The notes under the pieces were generated by a model that did no database searches, was not told where the DNA came from, and was given only the letters and a program-made list of their open reading frames with translations. Below are positions 18,597 through 28,519 of a stretch of 64,000 bases of DNA, one piece after another; the stretch's first letter is position 1; every line of letters starts with the position of its first letter. Both the position numbers and the translations under genes were made by a program. The DNA lies in the IMG/VR virus record IMGVR_UViG_3300033146_001382, positions 32,001 to 96,000 of that record. The stretch is one strand, 5' to 3'. The DNA is from a virus.

Positions 18597-19901
18597 ATGA
18601 CTTCTGAAATTAAAATAAAAAGGGGTACAAAGTCCCAATTACCAACTTTAGAGCTAGCTGAGCCTGGGTTTGTAACTGATTCCAAGGAATTATACATAGG
18701 GGATGGTACTGGGAATATAAAAATTGGCGGGAATTCTACCTTCTTAGAACATGTGGATTCCCCGGCTACTTACACTAGCTATGCTAATAATGTGGTGGCA
18801 GTAAATAATGCTGAGTCTGGACTAGAATTTAAAAGTATAGATTTAACTCCTAGTACTTTGGCATTGATGGTGTATAATACCAATGCACAAACTGACGTTG
18901 ATACAGCAGAAAGTTTACAGTTGGAAGGTATAATAAGGTTGGATAGTGGTTTTAGTATGGGTGGTACTAATAGTACCGAAATAACTATTAGTGGTGCAGG
19001 TTGGTACGAATTTCAGTATTCTGTCGCATGGGATAGTGATTATAGTAATAGATCTACTATGCGTGTATATGTAGAACGTGCAGGTCTGTATGGCTGGGAA
19101 GCAATTAGTCAATCTTATTCTTATGAGTACTTACGACATAGTACTTATGGTAGAATGAGTAATAATACAGCATCTTTCTTTCTAAATTCATCTGAAGGAG
19201 AAAAATTTAGAGTTCGTATGGATGGCGCTACTACTGGTTCATTCCCATCAACTAGTGTTGATTCAGATACAATAAATAATCAGTGTTGGGTTACTATAAA
19301 ATCATTAGATTTTATGGGTATAAAGGGTAAAGATGGTAAAGATGGTAGTGACGGTGATGATGGGGTAGATGGTTCACCGGGCCCTCCTGGCTCTGGTTCT
19401 TCCACTAATGTTTACCATGAGGGTTCTACTATTTCTGGATCTCCATTTAGTACTATTAATTTTAATGGGTTGAATGTAGCTCCTAGTGTAACTAGCGGTA
19501 CTGTAGATGTAACACATACTCCTTCTATTTTTGGTACCTGGTATGGTTGGGAAACTTCTGAGTCTCAGAGTACGACTACAAGTACCTCTTGGCAACTAAA
19601 ATTAAGATATTCTTTAAGTGATATACCAGCTGGGTACTATAGAATAGGGTACCAGTGGGAGTGGCGAAGAAATCATGTAGGAACTGATTTTAAATCAAGA
19701 GTACAAATAGATGATACTAGTACGGTAGCTAATATGAATTATGAATCTAAAGATGTCCATTCGTGGCATTTAGATCAAGGATTTTACATAGCTAATTTAA
19801 CTGCAGGTAATCACTACATAGATATAGATTATTGTGGTGAATCAAGTTCATACACTAACTATATTAGGGCAGTTAGAATAGAATGTTATAGAGTGTCATA
19901 A
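18597..19901 (+). CDS. Tail fibre-like protein with an Mtd_N anchor, a jelly-roll/C1q-like domain and a short collagen stretch
   Basis: EIKIKRGT...LAEPGFVTDSKELYIGDG; ITISGAGWYEFQYSV; GIKGKDGKDGSDGDDGVDGSPGPPG (Gly-X-Y). Confidence 0.7.
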   Translation: MTSEIKIKRGTKSQLPTLELAEPGFVTDSKELYIGDGTGNIKIGGNSTFLEHVDSPATYTSYANNVVAVNNAESGLEFKSIDLTPSTLALMVYNTNAQTDVDTAESLQLEGIIRLDSGFSMGGTNSTEITISGAGWYEFQYSVAWDSDYSNRSTMRVYVERAGLYGWEAISQSYSYEYLRHSTYGRMSNNTASFFLNSSEGEKFRVRMDGATTGSFPSTSVDSDTINNQCWVTIKSLDFMGIKGKDGKDGSDGDDGVDGSPGPPGSGSSTNVYHEGSTISGSPFSTINFNGLNVAPSVTSGTVDVTHTPSIFGTWYGWETSESQSTTTSTSWQLKLRYSLSDIPAGYYRIGYQWEWRRNHVGTDFKSRVQIDDTSTVANMNYESKDVHSWHLDQGFYIANLTAGNHYIDIDYCGESSSYTNYIRAVRIECYRVS

Positions 19902-19914
19902 ATAGGAGAATACT

Positions 19915-20940
19915 ATGGAATACATTTATATACTAGAACAATTTATGAATAATAAGGCAGATTTTAGTAAGTTAACACGAGAGATAGGTGATGCCGATAT
20001 TATAACTGCGTTGGATTTTATATCCGGAGAAAATAATGAGGTAACTATACATTTTAAAGCTGAGTTATCATCAGGTGATTTTGCTACTCTTAGTGGTATA
20101 GTGGCCTCACATGACGGCGTAGATGATAATATTGACTACCAACCAGTTAAAATAATAGGCTCTGATGATGCTATCCATTTAAATACATGTTTAAATGATG
20201 AGTATAGGGATAGATCTGGTAAATTAAGAATTCATCAGACTTCCAGGAAGATAGGTACTGTAATTGTATGGACTGGAGAAGGAGATGATCACACTGATCC
20301 CTCATGTGTTGGTGGTGGAGAACCATTTTCTTTTAATTATACTATGGGGCAATCAGATCCTTTAATTAAGTATATAGATTTTAATATGATAGAGAATGAG
20401 ACATGGTTACATGAAGGTTATATAACTTGGAGTAATTGTAGTTTAGATACATTAGATTTACTATTGGTGACTAGAGCTACCCCCTTTATTACAGCTAGTG
20501 GTACTAATTTTAATTTGTATAATGGGTATTTAATTGTACCAGCAGTACCTGGTACTGGTACAATTGATATAACTACTGATTTATCAGAGCATACAGCAGG
20601 GCTGGTGTACACCCCAAAGAACGATGTAGGAGTACGTCCAACTGCTTTTTGGGATGCTACCTGGGATAGTTCCATTCAGAAATTTGTAGACATAGTACCT
20701 AATCCTACAGGCACTGGCAAATACAATCTATTTGCAGCAGAAATACCAATAGCACATTTTATACGGAAGATGCCTTTATTAGACTCTGGCTTCATAGCGC
20801 TCAACTCATCTGATACAGATCAGTTAGGTCACGGAATGAGGTTAAAAATGATAGCTGACACTAATACTACTAGTAGTGTAGGTGATCATGATTGGTCTAT
20901 TGCCTGTACAATGTGTTTACATAGAGCTAGAACTGTATAA
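19915..20940 (+). CDS. Hypothetical virion protein (341 aa)
   Basis: ORF with RBS AGGAG in the structural cluster; beta-rich. Confidence 0.55.
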   Translation: MEYIYILEQFMNNKADFSKLTREIGDADIITALDFISGENNEVTIHFKAELSSGDFATLSGIVASHDGVDDNIDYQPVKIIGSDDAIHLNTCLNDEYRDRSGKLRIHQTSRKIGTVIVWTGEGDDHTDPSCVGGGEPFSFNYTMGQSDPLIKYIDFNMIENETWLHEGYITWSNCSLDTLDLLLVTRATPFITASGTNFNLYNGYLIVPAVPGTGTIDITTDLSEHTAGLVYTPKNDVGVRPTAFWDATWDSSIQKFVDIVPNPTGTGKYNLFAAEIPIAHFIRKMPLLDSGFIALNSSDTDQLGHGMRLKMIADTNTTSSVGDHDWSIACTMCLHRARTV

Positions 20941-20960
20941 ATTTATTTAGGAGGATAGTA

Positions 20961-21539
20961 ATGAAACATACAAAAAGTTTTACTAGAAAGTTTAAAGAAA
21001 TACTAATAGATTTTTTAGGTAATATTAGATTTTACCCTGGTGGATTAGTACTATTTGGAGATTCTAAATATAAATTAAAGGGGCCAGATTGGAGGGCTAT
21101 TTTAGATATTATAAAACCAGGAGATGTGATAGGAAGTGCACATAATCATTACGTTAGTTCATGGTTCATAAAAGGTGATTTTGGTCATGTAGGTCTATAT
21201 GTTGGCAATAATAAGATTATTCATGTAAGAACTGATGGTATAGTAGAAGAAGACATACTTACATTTTTAAGGGCCGACAATGCTTTTGTAGTTAGACCTA
21301 CTAATGTAGAATTAGTTCCCCCTGCTATTACTAAAGCATATACACAACTAGCAAAAAATATAGAATATGATTATGATTTTAATAAACAAGATACAGAACA
21401 GTTTTATTGCTCTGAGTTTACTGATTTTTGTTATGGATACCTTTTACGTGAAGGTGTATCAAAAGATAAAAATTATATTTTTCCTGATGACTATTTAGTG
21501 CCCTCCGCACTATTTGACATTATATGGAAAAAACAGTAA
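20961..21539 (+). CDS. Permuted papain-like NlpC/P60 (YiiX/YaeF-type) amidase/acyltransferase
   Basis: KPGDVI, GDFGHVGLYVG (His before Cys, permuted order), YDYDFN...FYCSEF. Confidence 0.85.
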   Translation: MKHTKSFTRKFKEILIDFLGNIRFYPGGLVLFGDSKYKLKGPDWRAILDIIKPGDVIGSAHNHYVSSWFIKGDFGHVGLYVGNNKIIHVRTDGIVEEDILTFLRADNAFVVRPTNVELVPPAITKAYTQLAKNIEYDYDFNKQDTEQFYCSEFTDFCYGYLLREGVSKDKNYIFPDDYLVPSALFDIIWKKQ

Positions 21540-21551
21540 AGTAGGTATTAT

Positions 21552-22088
21552 ATGATAGAAGCTAATAAAAATGAGTTGTTTCCTATCACAGTTTCACTTT
21601 ATGATGAAACTACTTCTGAATTAGTACCTAATCAGTTAGTTACTTATGACATACGTACTATGGATGATATGGTATTAGCACCACCAATTAGTGGTAGTTT
21701 AAGTGAATCTACAGTAGAAGGTGGTATATATAAAACTCAACTTAGTTTACCTTACTCAGGTACTTATATATGTTATGCTTCTTGCTCTGGATTTTTGGCT
21801 GGTACTGAAGATATAGTAATAAATAATGAAAATATCTATGAAATTACAAAATCAAATAGACCCCATAATTTATCAGTAATAGATGTTCCTAGAGTTACAG
21901 TTTCTGGTGCTGCAACACCTTCTCAGATTTTGCGTAGAGTACCATTTGGTAGAACTGATTATATCACAACAATTATAAAAAATGATAGTGCGCTTGATTG
22001 GAGTAATCCAGTGAGTTCTGGGGTATCGTATGCTCATTACAAGTCTACTAGTGATGAATTACCATACATGATGGCTGGAGAGTTCTAG
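21552..22088 (+). CDS. Hypothetical virion protein with an Ig-like N-terminus
   Basis: Beta-strand pattern (GGIYKTQLSLPYSGTYICY); operon context. Confidence 0.5.
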   Translation: MIEANKNELFPITVSLYDETTSELVPNQLVTYDIRTMDDMVLAPPISGSLSESTVEGGIYKTQLSLPYSGTYICYASCSGFLAGTEDIVINNENIYEITKSNRPHNLSVIDVPRVTVSGAATPSQILRRVPFGRTDYITTIIKNDSALDWSNPVSSGVSYAHYKSTSDELPYMMAGEF

Positions 22089-22535
22089 ATGGTAGATATT
22101 AGGCCAATGGCAGCCAGAGGATTTGATATGTGGAGCCCTCAAATAATAACAACTACTGTTTCAGGCGGTGGTATGTTTGGTAAAGGCTCTATAGAACTAG
22201 AAACAGGTTGGCAGTTAGTAGCTATTCCTATTGAGCATGGTTACTGGAGTTCGGCTACTCATATGCATATACATGATGGTGTTACTAAAGCTAAGTTTAA
22301 AAACTATGTATTAGATCAAATATCCGATTTATATGGGGAGGATATAGTAGAAGTAGCCAATACTTATACTGGAGATCAGCAAGCATTTTTTAGTTTTGTA
22401 GTAGGGTCAACCCCTGCCTCATCACCACATAATTTTAATTTAGTGTATAGTGATAATATTAGTATGGAGATTGCTGGATTTTGGATCAATATTATAGGCA
22501 ATACAGGTCCATATGTGATAAGCTGGGGGGAGTAA
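22089..22535 (+). CDS. Hypothetical virion protein (148 aa)
   Basis: Abuts the previous stop; LETGWQLVAIP...GFWI resembles small Trp-containing surface modules. Confidence 0.5.
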   Translation: MVDIRPMAARGFDMWSPQIITTTVSGGGMFGKGSIELETGWQLVAIPIEHGYWSSATHMHIHDGVTKAKFKNYVLDQISDLYGEDIVEVANTYTGDQQAFFSFVVGSTPASSPHNFNLVYSDNISMEIAGFWINIIGNTGPYVISWGE

Positions 22536-22542
22536 TGACTTT

Positions 22543-22551
22543 TGGTATAAT
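22543..22551 (+). promoter_or_regulatory. Possible extended -10 (TGnTATAAT) host-sigma promoter
   Basis: TGGTATAAT 19 nt upstream of the ATG at 22570; no -35 element visible; AT-rich background. Confidence 0.25.
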
Positions 22552-22569
22552 ATACAAGGAGGCTAGTCT

Positions 22570-25197
22570 ATGAGTCTAAATATCACTTTTGATGGTTATG
22601 CCTATGATAAAGATTCAAGTATAGGTAATGCTGACATATATTATCAAGCTTATTTCTATAATAATGGTACTTCTTCCAGCACATCAAAATGGAATGATGT
22701 AAGATTAATAGAAAACTCTGGTTATTGGAACTTCAATCTAGGTGATAGTGATTTCTTAGGCCAAACTGGTGTAGTACTGTCAGGTTCAAAACTAGTAGTT
22801 GTTTTTTGGAAAGGTGCCGCAGATAGAACAGCTGATTGTGGTGTACTAACTGAGTGGGGGGCCTTTGAATTAAATATAACGTCAGCATCATTTTATACTA
22901 GTGATATTCAAACTAAAACCAATATAATTCCCAACCTAATATGGTATGACAATATCCCAACTCATGGGTATGTAAATACTAATTATAGTGTAATTAATAA
23001 TAGTACAGATATACACTTATGGAATTTTGATGGGATATTATCTACTGGAAGTGTTACTATGTATCATTGGTACACACGGTATAATCAAGTTATTAATAAT
23101 GTAAATAGAATTGAAACTACTGATTATACTTGGGGAGATGGTGAGTCATCATTAGGGGTAGCAGGTACTATAAATGGAGGACATTCTTATGATGCTGCCG
23201 GTACATATACTATTGATATAGAAGTACATGATTATTGTGGTGGTAGTTCTTCTGATTCTACTGAGGTAGATATATACTGGCATGCACCTAGTCCTAATAT
23301 ATCTAGATGTACTAATTTAGGAGCTACACAAGGTAATACTATATATCCACCAGATACTAAAGTATTTTTTAAATATGTTGGTACTGATATAGACAACACT
23401 ATAACATCTATAGAGTGGACCATCCATGATAGTGGGGTATATGGAAATACTGATACTATAATTACTACTAGTAAAGATTCTATCATAGCTCATAGTGAGG
23501 GGGATGGTACTGCATGGGATGGGCATTTAGCTACTTCTGGAGCTTTTACAAATCCAGGCACTCATGTAGTTGAATTGAAAGTGTATTGGTATGATGGGTA
23601 TGAGACTAAAGTAGTTTCTTACAGCGAAAATTTTAATCAATTAACCTTCAATGGACCCCCTGTAGCAAATTTAGTATGTAATGAGGCACAAAGTAATCAT
23701 GTAGCTATTCCTAGTACAGTAGTAACATTTGCATATACAGGTACTAATCCAGATGGTAGGTTAACTGGTATAGATTGGACTATTGATGATGGTACTACAG
23801 ATACTATTATAAATAATTCTCCTTATGATACAGTTATTAATCACACAGAAGGATTAGGAGGAAGTTGGTATGGTAATTTAAGTACTATAGGCGCATTTTC
23901 TAACCCTGGTAATCATCTCATAAGTATTAAAGTACATTGGAATGATGGTTGGGAAAATTTGGAAGTAAACTATAGTGAAAATATTACACAAGGTGTTTTT
24001 TCTGGTCCAATACTTAGTTTGGATCAGGTACCATCTAAAGCTACAGTGGCTAGTGGTGTAACATTCGTAAATACATCTACTAATACTGATAGGGTAGGAT
24101 TAGACTTATTTGATAATGAGGAATACAAATGGGTATGGGCTGATGGTTTTTTAGTTGAGTCTGAACTTGATAAGCCGTATAGTTATCAGTTTACAAAAGT
24201 ACCTACTTCAGTAGAGTGTATTGTGTATTTATATGCGGATTGGTCTGATGGTTGGGATAGTAAAACATCTTGGATAGACGTACCTGTAGTCTTTGATACT
24301 TCAGTTACTATTACTCCAGAGGACTGTTATTATAGTATTAGTATAATTGGAACTTCTTCTGATGGTTCGGCTACTAGCTATAATTGGACAGTTTCTTCTG
24401 GAGTATCAGAGGAAGGCCCATGGGATATAGTTTGGGAAAGTCCTACAGGATTAGAACAACAACAAAAAACGCTATGTTTTTCTGCTACTGGTTGGTACAA
24501 AGTAACAGGGTATGTACATGGTACTGGCAGTACTTCTAGTGCATATGATACTTTATTAATTACCGAAACATGCCCAGATTCTGCAGCAGTATATAATATT
24601 TGGAATGGTACTGGAATTTTAGATATAGGTACAGATTGGTTAAGGCTTGGAGCAGGGGAAGAAACAACGGTTTCTAAATATAGAGGTACTAATGGATTAG
24701 ATGTAGTATATAGTGGACATACTAATATAGTGGAGTTTGTTAGAACTACTGATTCAAATATTAACGACTATGATTTTTTGTCTTTTTGGATAAACACCAG
24801 AGAGTATCATAAAAGAAGTGATATTTTTATTAGATTATTTTCTTCTAACTTTACATATGGTTCAGAGTTACATTTAAGCCACTATGTGGATTTGTCTGAC
24901 ACAGATCATTGGACAAGAGCAATGATACCTATATCTAGATTTAATTTAAAAGCTCAGTTTGCAGAATTAGGTTGGCCTACTTTAATAAATATGTTACACT
25001 TTAGAACTAAAGGTCATATAAGTTTTTGGTTAGATAATGTAGCACTAAGTATGGGCGCATTAATAACTGTACCAGTATGTGCACCTATAATGGAAACTAC
25101 AGATTTAGGTGGATTAACTATGAATACAACAAATGTTGGGGAAGTTCCAATGATAGCAGCTAATATTAGGTCCTTTCCAAAGCCTATAAATATATAA
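22570..25197 (+). CDS. Large PKD/Ig-like repeat virion protein (875 aa)
   Basis: PKD signatures YTWGDG...HSYDAAGTYTI and FVNTS...YKWVW; two related units (WTIHDSG...GAFTNPGTHVVELKVYWYDG and WTIDDG...GAFSNPGNHLISIKVHWNDG); C-terminal carbohydrate-binding-like domain. Confidence 0.7.
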   Translation: MSLNITFDGYAYDKDSSIGNADIYYQAYFYNNGTSSSTSKWNDVRLIENSGYWNFNLGDSDFLGQTGVVLSGSKLVVVFWKGAADRTADCGVLTEWGAFELNITSASFYTSDIQTKTNIIPNLIWYDNIPTHGYVNTNYSVINNSTDIHLWNFDGILSTGSVTMYHWYTRYNQVINNVNRIETTDYTWGDGESSLGVAGTINGGHSYDAAGTYTIDIEVHDYCGGSSSDSTEVDIYWHAPSPNISRCTNLGATQGNTIYPPDTKVFFKYVGTDIDNTITSIEWTIHDSGVYGNTDTIITTSKDSIIAHSEGDGTAWDGHLATSGAFTNPGTHVVELKVYWYDGYETKVVSYSENFNQLTFNGPPVANLVCNEAQSNHVAIPSTVVTFAYTGTNPDGRLTGIDWTIDDGTTDTIINNSPYDTVINHTEGLGGSWYGNLSTIGAFSNPGNHLISIKVHWNDGWENLEVNYSENITQGVFSGPILSLDQVPSKATVASGVTFVNTSTNTDRVGLDLFDNEEYKWVWADGFLVESELDKPYSYQFTKVPTSVECIVYLYADWSDGWDSKTSWIDVPVVFDTSVTITPEDCYYSISIIGTSSDGSATSYNWTVSSGVSEEGPWDIVWESPTGLEQQQKTLCFSATGWYKVTGYVHGTGSTSSAYDTLLITETCPDSAAVYNIWNGTGILDIGTDWLRLGAGEETTVSKYRGTNGLDVVYSGHTNIVEFVRTTDSNINDYDFLSFWINTREYHKRSDIFIRLFSSNFTYGSELHLSHYVDLSDTDHWTRAMIPISRFNLKAQFAELGWPTLINMLHFRTKGHISFWLDNVALSMGALITVPVCAPIMETTDLGGLTMNTTNVGEVPMIAANIRSFPKPINI

Positions 25198-25213
25198 TAT
25201 TAAGGAGAGTAAT

Positions 25214-26218
25214 ATGATTGGGTTATCTTTTACAATTGACAATATATCTACCGTACTTACTGCGTATAATTATATTCAAATAGCGAAGTATACCGGTACA
25301 GAATCAGACCAACCACCTAGTCCGGCAGATGATGTGGCTAATTGGACTTCAATGTCTGGGTCGTTAGAATTTCCTATACCTGTAGCATTAGAGGCTAATA
25401 AATCATTCTACCAAGCTTATGATAATGATGGTCAGTATAATGATTGGTATAGTTCTAGATATGTGTATATAACTACTGAGAGTGGTACTAGTGTAATAGA
25501 TGCAGCTAATGGATGGTCCTCTCCAATACTTGGAGAAACAGGTGATTTATACTATGACCCTGAATTCCCAAAAGAAGTAAATTATGGTACTGCTGATCAG
25601 CGAATAATAGACAGAATAAGGCTTTATATAGGTGATCCATTATCCCTCAGACGAGAGTATGGTGAAGAAGCCATGGCATCTATACATCCTGATGGTAAAA
25701 CATATGAAATGGATGAATTAGGTTGGCCAGTGTTTGTTACTATGGGAGGTAAAGCTTTTGTGGACACCTTAAATCCCTCAGTAAATGGATACAGGTTATT
25801 AAAATTTCAGGAATACATTGATGAGATGTGCGCTACTTGTTCAGGTATAACTAATTTATGTGGTGTTGATATTGTGAAGGAGATAGATCATGGTGTGGAT
25901 ATCTGGTATTATACTTTCAGACATTCAGATAGGCAGATAATGGAAGCATACGAGTCTTGCCCAATACCACCACAATTAGATGAGCATACAGCTACTCCCT
26001 CAGTGTATATGATACAGACATCTATCGATTTATTACGACAAGAATTATTAGAAGATGCTACTGAAGATGGAGCTAAAGTAAGGGATGAGGGGTCATCATA
26101 TGACCCAGAACCAGGCCTAAAAATTAGACGAGAATTGTTAGCAGATTTAAAGAAAAGGTTAGATGAGATGATTAAGGTGCTAATGATGCAAGGTATTTCT
26201 GGTGTACTTATCGATTAA
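25214..26218 (+). CDS. Putative head-tail adaptor/neck protein
   Basis: IIDRIRLYIGD and C-terminal SYDP...LADLKKRLDEMIK are typical of adaptors; first gene of the neck block. Confidence 0.5.
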   Translation: MIGLSFTIDNISTVLTAYNYIQIAKYTGTESDQPPSPADDVANWTSMSGSLEFPIPVALEANKSFYQAYDNDGQYNDWYSSRYVYITTESGTSVIDAANGWSSPILGETGDLYYDPEFPKEVNYGTADQRIIDRIRLYIGDPLSLRREYGEEAMASIHPDGKTYEMDELGWPVFVTMGGKAFVDTLNPSVNGYRLLKFQEYIDEMCATCSGITNLCGVDIVKEIDHGVDIWYYTFRHSDRQIMEAYESCPIPPQLDEHTATPSVYMIQTSIDLLRQELLEDATEDGAKVRDEGSSYDPEPGLKIRRELLADLKKRLDEMIKVLMMQGISGVLID

Positions 26219-26230
26219 TAGGAGATTAAA

Positions 26231-26821
26231 ATGGCATATAGTGGTGTAAGTTCAAAAACAAAACGTAGATATAGAAAAGCTATGAAAAAGGTTGTTAAGA
26301 CTCTAAGTAGAAAAATAGCTGTATATAAACAACCATTAAAAGCTGAGTGTCCAAATTGTTACTATGATAAACTTACAGATAGTTCTACTGGTAAATGTAA
26401 ATGGACTCCGTTAGAAGCTAGAAGTAAACAAATGGCAATAGGACTAAGTAACGAACTACAATATAAGTTTTTTAAGGTAGGCAGGTGTCCTGTATGTAAA
26501 GGTAAGGGCTATCTAGAAACACCTAGAAAAGTTTGGGTGGATTGTTTAGTAATATGGAATCCTAATAATAGAAACAGTGTATCTTACACTCCAGCTGGCA
26601 CAGAAGGATCTACTATAGTTGAATTAAAATCAGACACCAGTAATTTTGAACTATTTAAAAATTGTGATAAATTGGTAATTGACGGTATTACTTGTAGATT
26701 ATCCAAACCTCCAATACTACGAGGACTAGGCAATCAAACAGTATTAATAATTACAGCATTTACTACTGATAAAGCTAGTATCAATAGTGATGAGATATTA
26801 AAGAATTATCTAGGTGACTAA
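26231..26821 (+). CDS. Putative head-closure protein with a Zn-binding insertion
   Basis: CPNC...C...CPVCKGKG inserted in a stopper-like beta protein (DKLVIDGITCRL). Confidence 0.5.
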   Translation: MAYSGVSSKTKRRYRKAMKKVVKTLSRKIAVYKQPLKAECPNCYYDKLTDSSTGKCKWTPLEARSKQMAIGLSNELQYKFFKVGRCPVCKGKGYLETPRKVWVDCLVIWNPNNRNSVSYTPAGTEGSTIVELKSDTSNFELFKNCDKLVIDGITCRLSKPPILRGLGNQTVLIITAFTTDKASINSDEILKNYLGD

Positions 26822-27441
26822 TGGATAGACGTATTAAAGATTCTTATAGATATACTATAGTTAAACTAGAGCAAATGTTTGAAGATAAAATACCTGAGCT
26901 TATAGAGGTAATTATGGAAGGATATGATAGTTTATCTGTTAAAGTAAGTGATTCCAATAGTAAAACTAATCCTGAGTTATTTAGGGATCAGTTTAAAGAA
27001 AAATTAGATAATTTTACATATGTATATAAAACTTTAACACAAACTAAACTAGTTGTACCTGATATGTACAATTTTAATTTTGTGGGTATACCTATAGTAG
27101 AACAAATACTGGAAGGTACAGCAGGAACATTTGTAGAAATATTACATGAGGATCTGGTTAAACTTACTGGTAAATCTACCATTAATGAGGAGCCGGTAGA
27201 TTCCTCTATAACTAAACAAAAAAGAGTTTATCTAATTAGGTATGATGATAAGGTAAGACAGGCAGAAAAAGGGGTATTAAAGAAAAAATTAATAAGGTTT
27301 CCTTTTTCTAATACACCAGCCCTAGATGCTACAGTATTTGGAGTAGCAGAAGAGTATGTTGTTGATAATATTGATAAATGGATAGATTCAACATTAAAAA
27401 CAAGTACAAAAGAGATATCACAAAAATGCGGGAAGGGGTAA
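26821..27441 (+). CDS. Putative neck/tail-completion protein
   Basis: Start overlaps the previous stop; position in the neck block. Confidence 0.4.
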   Translation: MDRRIKDSYRYTIVKLEQMFEDKIPELIEVIMEGYDSLSVKVSDSNSKTNPELFRDQFKEKLDNFTYVYKTLTQTKLVVPDMYNFNFVGIPIVEQILEGTAGTFVEILHEDLVKLTGKSTINEEPVDSSITKQKRVYLIRYDDKVRQAEKGVLKKKLIRFPFSNTPALDATVFGVAEEYVVDNIDKWIDSTLKTSTKEISQKCGKG

Positions 27442-27442
27442 C

Positions 27443-28414
27443 ATGAAAAATTTACGTAAAGAAGATTTGAGTTTATATAGATACATTAAAGATACAGTGT
27501 TACGAGATTTTATAGAAAAAGAGGAGATGGTACCATTAGAACTCCTTACTGAGTTGTCTTGTCAAGGTAGTTATGTCTACCAAGCTAAATCTGTAGCAAT
27601 ACCATCTCCTATTGATAGAGGTAGAGGTTGGGTTTTCTTTGATTGTCCCAATTATGACTCTGATGGTTATTGTGAATATACTACTGAGAGTTGTATACCT
27701 GAATTTGTATCAGTAGATGGTACCGACTATGGTGGTACTTTGTCTGGTACTGAGTTGCCTGGTAATAATTGTATTGGTACCCCAGAACAATCCAATAGAG
27801 TAGTACTCTATGATGAAAATTTTTCTACTATATCAGGTACTAATTATTTAATAGACTACACAGATGGTAGAATTATAATGACTACTAATGATATTATTCC
27901 TAAGTATGTTGATTACTATTGGAATTATATAAGTGTAGTAGATGAATGGGCTTCTATTGAAGCTGCAGAGCCACCAGTTGTGGTAATAGATACTAATGGT
28001 ACTGATAAAGAGCCATACCAGTTAGGTGGTGGTAAAAAAGTGAAACGAAAGGTAGAAATACATGTGTTTGCAAGTAACACTTCAGAACGTAATGATATAA
28101 TAGAAACAATACATGATGGACTATATAATAAATCTTCACCGGTGTATAATTTTGCTACTGGGGATGTACTAGATTATGATGGAACTTTTTATGGCCGCAA
28201 ATATACCTCCAATAAACTAACCTCACTATTTAATAGAACGTCTTTAAATGATTTAGGTCAGCTTCATGGAGGAATGACTTTTAATAAAGTTTCTTCTAGA
28301 CATGTCAATTTACCGTTGTTAATGTCTAGGGATCGTGGAGAGGTAATGCTAAGTGATTTAAATGCTTACAGATCTAGAATAAGTTTTGAAATAGAAACTT
28401 ATACAAGGATATAA
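27443..28414 (+). CDS. Putative tail terminator protein
   Basis: EPPVVVID...KRKVEIHVFASNTSERNDIIETI and YRSRISFEIETY resemble terminator folds; precedes the tube gene. Confidence 0.5.
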   Translation: MKNLRKEDLSLYRYIKDTVLRDFIEKEEMVPLELLTELSCQGSYVYQAKSVAIPSPIDRGRGWVFFDCPNYDSDGYCEYTTESCIPEFVSVDGTDYGGTLSGTELPGNNCIGTPEQSNRVVLYDENFSTISGTNYLIDYTDGRIIMTTNDIIPKYVDYYWNYISVVDEWASIEAAEPPVVVIDTNGTDKEPYQLGGGKKVKRKVEIHVFASNTSERNDIIETIHDGLYNKSSPVYNFATGDVLDYDGTFYGRKYTSNKLTSLFNRTSLNDLGQLHGGMTFNKVSSRHVNLPLLMSRDRGEVMLSDLNAYRSRISFEIETYTRI

Positions 28415-28519
28415 GGATAGGCTTATTGCTAGTGCTACAGCCTCGTTAATCTAGTAATAAGAAGACGTTTTAACTACCAACCTGAGTGCTGTTTTAAAAA
28501 AATAACAGGAGGAAAGACT

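Noticed and set aside
6037-28484. 10-bp match CAGGTTGGTA (6037-6046) and its reverse complement (28475-28484), each upstream of a major structural gene
   Set aside because: Only two copies, in opposite orientation; this could arise by chance, so there is too little support for an operator.
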